Assembly: GCA_029243485.1 (NCBI GenBank)
Contig: JAQWRY010000088.1
Coordinates: forward strand, 299,212-363,211
Direction: 5' to 3'
DNA length: 64,000 bases
Source of the DNA: Candidatus Binatia bacterium
GTDB lineage: Bacteria > Desulfobacterota > Binatia > UBA12015
Shown here: piece after piece, positions 58,289 through 64,000 of the stretch
How the letters are laid out: every line of letters starts with the position of its first letter
How positions within the stretch are numbered: position 1 is the first letter of the stretch
Translations under genes and position numbers: made by a program
The notes under the pieces: model-generated
Seen by the model: only the letters and a program-made list of their open reading frames with translations
The model's database searches: none
What the model was told of the DNA's origin: nothing

Positions 58289-60865
58289 ATGAGTGTTCAG
58301 CGAGGCAGCCTCGACTCCGCCAAGCAGGCTCTGGTGCGCCCAGTGGCCGGGGATCCAGCCCGGCTCGTGCGGGTCTTTCGCGCCCTGCAGGAACTCGGAG
58401 TCAGTGGGCACGGCGACCTCGCAGAGCAGCTTCACGACGTGCTCGTCATCGGATGTCGAGAGTTCGATCTGCCCGTCGGGGTGTTGCTCAAGATCCGTGG
58501 GACGACGGCGTCGGTTCTCGGTGCGGTGACCCCGGACGATTTCATCGTCAGCTACTCGGCGTTCCCGCTCGCCGATAGCTACTGCGGCGCGATCGTGGAG
58601 GCGGGTGCTCTGGTCGGCTTCCCGGACACGGCTCAGGCGGTTTTTCCGACGTGGCCCAGTGATCCGGTTCTCCACCTCGAGTCGTACATCGGTGTGCCGG
58701 TTCGGGTGGCAGGTGAGGTGTACGGCGTCGTCAGCTTCGGTGGCCCGGAGCTTCGGAAGGAACCCTTCTCTGCGGAGGAGAAGGAGATTCTCGAAGCACT
58801 CGCCAAGCATCTCGAGGTCGTCCTCGGTGGTCAGGAGTACTTCGCGCAGGCCGTGACGGCGCTCAACGAAATATCGAGCGCGCCGATCGAGAGCCTCTTC
58901 GAGGCGCTCGCGATCAAGGCTGCCGAGCTTCTCGATGTCGAATACGTGCTCGTTTGCGAGCTTGACGGTCACGGGAAGGATCAGCTCAAGACGCGTGCCT
59001 ATTTTGGCAACGGCACGATCCACTCGACGTACGAGCATACGCTCGCGGGGACGCCGTGCGCCGAGGTGATCGCGCACGGTGGGTTCCATTGTGCAGAGGG
59101 GGTCCGGGGTGCTTTCCCCGACGATCATGACCTCGTGACGCTGGGTGCCGAGAGCTATCTGGGTGCGGCGATTAAAAACAGCGAGGGCGTGACCGTCGGC
59201 CAGATCGCGACTCTGAGCACTTCGGTTATGCCGGCTTCGTCGCGCAGGGATCTCCTGATCGGGCTCCTCGCCTCGCGTGCCAGTGGTGGGTTCGAACGGG
59301 CGCGGATGGAACGCGAGCTCAAGGAACAGAGAGAGCTCTTCGAGCTCGCGTCGGAGGCCGGTCACATCGGTCTTTGGGACATGGATCTGATTTCACGGAC
59401 CCTCCGGATCGACGCGACCGCGCGGGATATGCTCGGCATCGACGAGAATTGCCCCGACGCGCTGCAGGCATGGCGCGACGCGATCCATCCCGCCGACCGT
59501 GAGGAAGTTGGGGAGGTCATCGGCGCACACATCCGGGGCGAGACGGAAGCCTTTCTGGTCGAGCACCGGGTCGAGCGCAAAGACGGCACGACGCGGTGGG
59601 TTCTCGTCCGCGGGCGTGCGGTTCGCGACACAGCCGGCCGCGCCATCCGGACCGTGAGCACCGGCTTCGACATTACGGACAAGAAGGATCTCGAGGGCGA
59701 GCGTCAGCGGCTGGAAGCGAAGGTCCAGCAGGCCCAGCAGCTGGAAAGTGTGGGCGTCCTCGCCGGCGGTCTCACCCACGACTTCAACAATCTGCTGATG
59801 GGTGTCCTCGGGAACGCGGGCCTCGCCCGGCGCTCGGTTCAGCGCGGTTCTACGATCGACCAGAAGATCGCCGAGATCGAGATCGCGGCCCAGCGAGCCG
59901 CGGAGCTCACCAATCAGATGCTCGCGTACTCGGGCCGAGCACGCTTCACCGCTGACTCATTTGATCTGAACGGACTCGTCGAAGAGATGGCGCGGCTCCT
60001 GCGGACGGTCGTGTCGAAGAAGGCCGCGTTGTCGCTTCAGCTGGGGAACGAATTGCTGCCGATCGAAGCGGACGCGGCGCAGGTACGGCAGGTCGTGATG
60101 AACCTCATCACGAATGCCTCGGACTCCCTCGCCGATCAGCCGGGTGCCGTCACAATGGCGACCGGCATGAGGCACTTTGATCCGCACTTTCTCTCCGGCG
60201 TCGTTCCGGACGCCGATCTGACCGAAGGCCAGTACGCGTATCTCGAAGTGGTCGACACCGGTGTCGGCATGGACGACGACACGCTCGGGCGCATTTTCGA
60301 TCCGTTCTTCACGACGAAGTTCACGGGACGTGGGCTCGGGCTCGCCGCGGTGCTCGGCATCATGCGAAGCCACGGCGGCGGAATCCGGGTGCAGAGCGCT
60401 CCGGGTGAGGGCACGCGCGCCACTGTGATCTTCCCCCCGTCGGAAGCCGAGGAGTCGATGCTCGAGGACGATCCCGGCGTCGACGACGACGCGTGGGAGG
60501 GGCAGGGCGCTGTCCTCGTCGTGGACGACGAGGAGCTCGTCCGGAACCTCATGGTCACCATCCTCGAGGACGCGGGGTTCGAGGTTCTGACCGCGAACGA
60601 CGGCGTCGAGGCGTTGGAAGTCTTCGAGGCCAACTCCGACCGAATTCGGCTCATCCTGCTCGACATGATGATGCCGCGGATGAACGGGGAGGAGGTCTAC
60701 ACCGAGATTCGAGCCAAGAATCCCGAGACCTCGATCATCCTGATGAGTGGTTTCTCCGAAGAGCAGGCCACCCGCGGCATTCTGGGCGACGACGCCAAGT
60801 TCCTGAAGAAGCCGTTCCAGATCAACGCGCTCCTGGACACGATCCAGAGGATCCTCGACTCCTAG
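58289..60865 (+). CDS. Hybrid sensor histidine kinase (tandem GAF, PAS, HisKA, HATPase_c, C-terminal receiver)
   Basis: It has two GAF-like regions, a PAS segment (IGLWDMDL...), an H-box (LAGGLTHDFNNLL), an N-box and G-boxes (VMNLITNA..., DTGVGM..., GRGLGLA), and a receiver domain with phospho-acceptor Asp (ILLDMMMP). Confidence 0.9.
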   Translation: MSVQRGSLDSAKQALVRPVAGDPARLVRVFRALQELGVSGHGDLAEQLHDVLVIGCREFDLPVGVLLKIRGTTASVLGAVTPDDFIVSYSAFPLADSYCGAIVEAGALVGFPDTAQAVFPTWPSDPVLHLESYIGVPVRVAGEVYGVVSFGGPELRKEPFSAEEKEILEALAKHLEVVLGGQEYFAQAVTALNEISSAPIESLFEALAIKAAELLDVEYVLVCELDGHGKDQLKTRAYFGNGTIHSTYEHTLAGTPCAEVIAHGGFHCAEGVRGAFPDDHDLVTLGAESYLGAAIKNSEGVTVGQIATLSTSVMPASSRRDLLIGLLASRASGGFERARMERELKEQRELFELASEAGHIGLWDMDLISRTLRIDATARDMLGIDENCPDALQAWRDAIHPADREEVGEVIGAHIRGETEAFLVEHRVERKDGTTRWVLVRGRAVRDTAGRAIRTVSTGFDITDKKDLEGERQRLEAKVQQAQQLESVGVLAGGLTHDFNNLLMGVLGNAGLARRSVQRGSTIDQKIAEIEIAAQRAAELTNQMLAYSGRARFTADSFDLNGLVEEMARLLRTVVSKKAALSLQLGNELLPIEADAAQVRQVVMNLITNASDSLADQPGAVTMATGMRHFDPHFLSGVVPDADLTEGQYAYLEVVDTGVGMDDDTLGRIFDPFFTTKFTGRGLGLAAVLGIMRSHGGGIRVQSAPGEGTRATVIFPPSEAEESMLEDDPGVDDDAWEGQGAVLVVDDEELVRNLMVTILEDAGFEVLTANDGVEALEVFEANSDRIRLILLDMMMPRMNGEEVYTEIRAKNPETSIILMSGFSEEQATRGILGDDAKFLKKPFQINALLDTIQRILDS

Positions 60866-60965
60866 GGCGTTGTACTAGGACCCGGCAGCGACTCCCGCGC
60901 CCCGATCGTGCACATCAGACCGGGTCTCGGTGCCCGGCCGGACGCGTTGCGGGGCGGGGGGCGTC

Positions 60966-62384
60966 CTACACGTGGAGAGCGCGTCCGTCGACGGCCAGGG
61001 CTGCTTCCCTCAGTGCTTCGGGGAGCGTGGGGTGCGCGTGCACCGATCGCGCGATGTCTTCAGCCGACGCTCCGAACTCCATCGCGACGGTGGCCTCCGC
61101 GATCAGGCCGGAGGCCCCCGCTCCGACGATGTGGACGCCGAGAATCCGGTCGGTCCTGGCGTCGGCGAGGATCTTCACCGCTCCATCCGTCTCGCCCATC
61201 GTGCGCGCGCGGCCGTTGCCCGCAAACGGGAAGCGGCCGATCCGCACCTCGACGCCGGCGTCGCGCAGTTGCTCTTCGGTCTTGCCGACGCCCGCGAACT
61301 CGGGGTGCGTGTAGACCACGGCGGGAATCGTGTCGTAATTGAGGTGCCCGGCCTTACCGGCGAGGAGTTCAACGCAGGCCACGCCTTCGTCTTCGGCCTT
61401 GTGGGCCAACATGGGTCCGGGGATGACGTCGCCGATCGCGTATACGCCGGGGACGTTCGTTGCGTAGTGGTCGTCGACCGGGATGCGGCCACGGTCGTCG
61501 AGGGCGACGCCGATGTCTTCGAGGCCGAGCCCGGCTGCGTAGGCTCGGCGGCCGACGGCGACCAGGACGACGTCTCCCTGAAGTTCGGATGCGACGCCTT
61601 CCTTGTCGGTGATCTCCAGCGTCACGCCGGCGCCCTTGGTCGTTGCGGACTCCACTTTGGTTCCGAAGTGGAAGGAGATGCCCTGCTTGGTGAGCGACCG
61701 TTGAAGGAGGCCGGCCATCTCGACGTCCATCCCGGGCGTTATGCCCGAGGTGAGTTCGACGACGGTCACTTTGGATCCGAGGCGTCGCCACACCGAGCCG
61801 AGTTCCAATCCGATTGCGCCGGCGCCGACCACCAGGAGGTGCTCGGGCGGGCTCTCCAGGGTGAGGCCTCGGGTGGAGTCGATGACGCGTTCGCCGTCGA
61901 ACTTCAGACTCGGCAGCTCGATGGGTACGCTTCCGCTCGCGAGCAGGATGCTCTTAGCGACGAGCGTCTTGCCGGCGTCGTCCCCGTCTTCGATCGCGAC
62001 CTGGTTCGGACCGGAGAGCCGCGCCCGGCCCTTCACGTGCGTGACGCCGTTCTTCTTGAACAAGCCGGCGATGCCGCGCGTGAGGATCGTCACGACCTTG
62101 TCCTTGCGCTTCATCATCGCGGGGAGATCGAGCGAAACCTCGCCGATCTGGATACCATGCTCCTTCATGCCCCGGGAGGTCTCGTCGAAGAGGTGGCTCG
62201 AATGCAGGAGCGCCTTGCTGGGAATGCAGCCGACGTTCAAGCAGGTCCCGCCGAGCGATTTTTCCTTCTCGGCGCAGGCGACGCGCATCCCGAGCTGAGC
62301 GGCGCGGATGGCGGCAACGTAGCCCCCGGGCCCGGCGCCGACGACCACGAGGTCGAACTCTTCGTTGTTGGACATGGAACTCAC
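60966..62384 (-). CDS. lpdA: Dihydrolipoyl dehydrogenase (E3)
   Basis: It has the FAD motif [10 protein letters not shown] and the redox disulfide [13 protein letters not shown], plus an NAD-binding motif and a C-terminal dimerisation domain with HAHPTLPE. Confidence 0.95.
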   Translation of the reverse strand: MSSMSNNEEFDLVVVGAGPGGYVAAIRAAQLGMRVACAEKEKSLGGTCLNVGCIPSKALLHSSHLFDETSRGMKEHGIQIGEVSLDLPAMMKRKDKVVTILTRGIAGLFKKNGVTHVKGRARLSGPNQVAIEDGDDAGKTLVAKSILLASGSVPIELPSLKFDGERVIDSTRGLTLESPPEHLLVVGAGAIGLELGSVWRRLGSKVTVVELTSGITPGMDVEMAGLLQRSLTKQGISFHFGTKVESATTKGAGVTLEITDKEGVASELQGDVVLVAVGRRAYAAGLGLEDIGVALDDRGRIPVDDHYATNVPGVYAIGDVIPGPMLAHKAEDEGVACVELLAGKAGHLNYDTIPAVVYTHPEFAGVGKTEEQLRDAGVEVRIGRFPFAGNGRARTMGETDGAVKILADARTDRILGVHIVGAGASGLIAEATVAMEFGASAEDIARSVHAHPTLPEALREAALAVDGRALHV

Positions 62385-63649
62385 AGACTGAGGAGAAGGC
62401 GAGCCGGATCTTCCAGCGCCTCTTTCACTCGGATGAGGAAGGTGACCGCCCCCTGGCCATCGACGATGCGATGGTCGTAGGAGAGGGCGAGATACATCAT
62501 CGGGCGAATCACGATCTGGTCGTCGACCACGATCGGGCGCTTCTCGATCTTGTGCATCCCGAGGATACCGCTCTGCGGAGGGGTGAGGATCGGTGTGGAC
62601 AGGAGCGATCCGTAGACGCCGCCGTTCGAGATCGTGAACGTCGCGCCCGAAAGATTTTCGATGGAAAGACGGTTGTCGCGCGCGAGGCCGGCGAGTCGAC
62701 CGATCTCCTGCTCGACGCCGGCAAACGAGAGATCATCCACGTTCCGGACGACCGGAACCACCAGGCCTCGCTCGGTGCCGACGGCGACGCCCATGTGGAC
62801 GTGCTTTCGATACACCAGGTCGGTGCCGTCGATCTGGGCGTTCAGCTCCGGTACCTCGGCCGCGGCGGCGCAGCAGGCTTTCACAAAGAAGGACATGAAG
62901 CCGAGACTCACGCCGTGCTTGGCCTTGAAGTCGTCTTTGTACTGCTTGCGCAGGCTCATGACCGAGGTCATGTCGACCTCGTTGAACGTCGTGAGGATCG
63001 CCGCGACGTGCTGCGCCTCGACGAGTCGCTTCGCGATGACCTGCCGAAGGCGACTCATGGGGACGCGTTCTTCGTCCGGGCCGGCTGGTGTTGTGGGGGT
63101 CGCGGCGGCCTGGCGTGCGACGGGCGCTGGCGCTGCCTTCGCGAGCGGTGCCGGTTTCGGCTCGGCGCCCGGCTTCGTGGCGGCCTCGAGAACGTCGCCC
63201 TTGGTGATGCGCCCCCCCGGCCCCGTGCCTTTGACGGTGCTCGGGTCGATCTTCTCCTCGACGACGATCCGGCGTACGGCGGGGCTCAGCGGTTTGGTAG
63301 GGCTCTCCGAGGCGGGCGCCGCTTCGGGTTCGGTGGCTGCTTCGCGTGTCGGTGCTGCCTCGGCTTCCGGCACCGCCTCCACCTTGGCGGGCGTCGGTGC
63401 AGCAGCGCTACTCGCTCCTTCCTCGATGGTGGCGACGACGTCGCCCACCGAGACGACCTCGCCCTCTGGGCGGAGGAGCTTCAGCGTGCCGGCGCACTCG
63501 GCGACCAACTCCATGTTGGCCTTGTCGCTCTCGAGTTCGAGGATGGGCTCGTCCATGGCAACGGCGTCGCCGTCCTTGCGCATCCACGTCCCGATGGTGG
63601 CTTCGGTGACAGACTCACCAAGCGATGGGATCTTTACTTCGAACGGCAT
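62381..63649 (-). CDS. sucB: 2-oxoglutarate dehydrogenase E2 component (dihydrolipoamide succinyltransferase)
   Basis: It has a lipoyl domain ([22 protein letters not shown]...[10 protein letters not shown]) and Ala/Pro linkers. The catalytic domain carries DHRIVDG. Its start overlaps the sucA stop (TGATG), and its stop overlaps the lpdA start. Confidence 0.9.
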   Translation of the reverse strand: MPFEVKIPSLGESVTEATIGTWMRKDGDAVAMDEPILELESDKANMELVAECAGTLKLLRPEGEVVSVGDVVATIEEGASSAAAPTPAKVEAVPEAEAAPTREAATEPEAAPASESPTKPLSPAVRRIVVEEKIDPSTVKGTGPGGRITKGDVLEAATKPGAEPKPAPLAKAAPAPVARQAAATPTTPAGPDEERVPMSRLRQVIAKRLVEAQHVAAILTTFNEVDMTSVMSLRKQYKDDFKAKHGVSLGFMSFFVKACCAAAAEVPELNAQIDGTDLVYRKHVHMGVAVGTERGLVVPVVRNVDDLSFAGVEQEIGRLAGLARDNRLSIENLSGATFTISNGGVYGSLLSTPILTPPQSGILGMHKIEKRPIVVDDQIVIRPMMYLALSYDHRIVDGQGAVTFLIRVKEALEDPARLLLSL

Positions 63650-64000
63650 CAACTGCCTCCGGCTTCGGCTCGCTTGGGTGTTTTCGTACCGGCTTGTGCG
63701 CGCTTCTTGCGCGCCGGCTCGAGGCGGGCGGGGGTGGGTGGGCCGTCGAAGATGGATGCGACGAGCGCGTTCTGCTCCCGCACATGGACGGCATAGGATC
63801 CCGCGGCCGGGCTCGCCGCGTCGTCGCGGCCGGCATACCGTAGCGGTCGCCCGTCTAAGACGGAGGGGAGCTTTTGTGAAATGTACCACCACGCGCCCAT
63901 GTTGATCGGCTCGTCCTGCACCCAGACGATGTCGTTCGCGTTCGGATAGCGATCCAGTGCCTTGCGGATCTCGGTCTCGGGCAGCGGGTAGAGCTCCTCG
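63649..64000 (-). CDS. sucA: 2-oxoglutarate dehydrogenase E1 component, C-terminal fragment that continues past the window end
   Basis: The reverse-strand translation ...[44 protein letters not shown]... matches the SucA C-terminus. The ORF is open to the window edge. Confidence 0.85.
   Translation of the reverse strand, partial: EELYPLPETEIRKALDRYPNANDIVWVQDEPINMGAWWYISQKLPSVLDGRPLRYAGRDDAASPAAGSYAVHVREQNALVASIFDGPPTPARLEPARKKRAQAGTKTPKRAEAGGS

Noticed and set aside
62471-63796. 441-aa + strand ORF
   Set aside because: It is antisense to sucB, which has lipoyl and catalytic domain signatures.
1-64000. tRNA, rRNA, CRISPR arrays, integrases/transposases
   Set aside because: No cloverleaf-like or rRNA-like segments, spacer-repeat arrays, or recombinase/transposase ORFs were recognised by eye. 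The only mobile-element trace is the truncated HNH nuclease fragment.

Overview
This is a high-GC bacterial chromosomal segment, probably Gram-negative: many lipobox and Tat signals, and the gene content looks like an environmental Myxococcota/deltaproteobacteria-type genome (organism not identifiable from sequence alone). Most of the window is ordinary metabolism and transport:
- a ClC channel and pgi;
- two SDRs, a glyoxalase and three amidohydrolases;
- acyl-CoA synthetase, SRAP peptidase and epoxide hydrolase;
- Aat, SixA, a PQQ sugar dehydrogenase and a Gfo/Idh oxidoreductase;
- enoyl-CoA hydratase, a CDF transporter, leuCD, an MFS transporter, GmhB-like and LOG proteins, a PEP-mutase-family enzyme and an EVE-domain protein;
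- a 2-hydroxyacid dehydrogenase, thiolase, dtd, a dual-specificity phosphatase, an aspartase/fumarase-family lyase and a hybrid GAF-PAS histidine kinase;
- the sucA(partial)-sucB-lpdA operon.

The main candidate system is a co-directional triad at about 3.2-8.5 kb: a polytopic DUF2868-like membrane protein, a DUF3482-like MMR_HSR1 GTPase carrying a Gly/Ala-rich hydrophobic paddle, and a ~720-aa bacterial dynamin-like GTPase. This looks like a split-plus-intact dynamin membrane-remodelling module and is followed by small unannotated ORFs, some apparently frameshifted.

Other points of interest:
- a PadR / ABC ATPase / double-FtsX permease / P450 module sits beside a PadR-like remnant;
- the sulfatase-like family shows birth-and-death: two intact copies with non-canonical active-site motifs and three decayed copies;
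- a 51-bp perfect palindrome encodes the identical C-terminal DVG-stop for two convergent genes;
- G10 and C11 homopolymers, a (CCCGAT)5 coding microsatellite, an in-frame TAG inside a Tat-secreted amidohydrolase, and several frameshifted ORFs are present. These may be genuine pseudogenes or homopolymer-type sequencing errors, so read-level validation is needed.

No rRNA, tRNA, CRISPR array or intact mobile element was seen.
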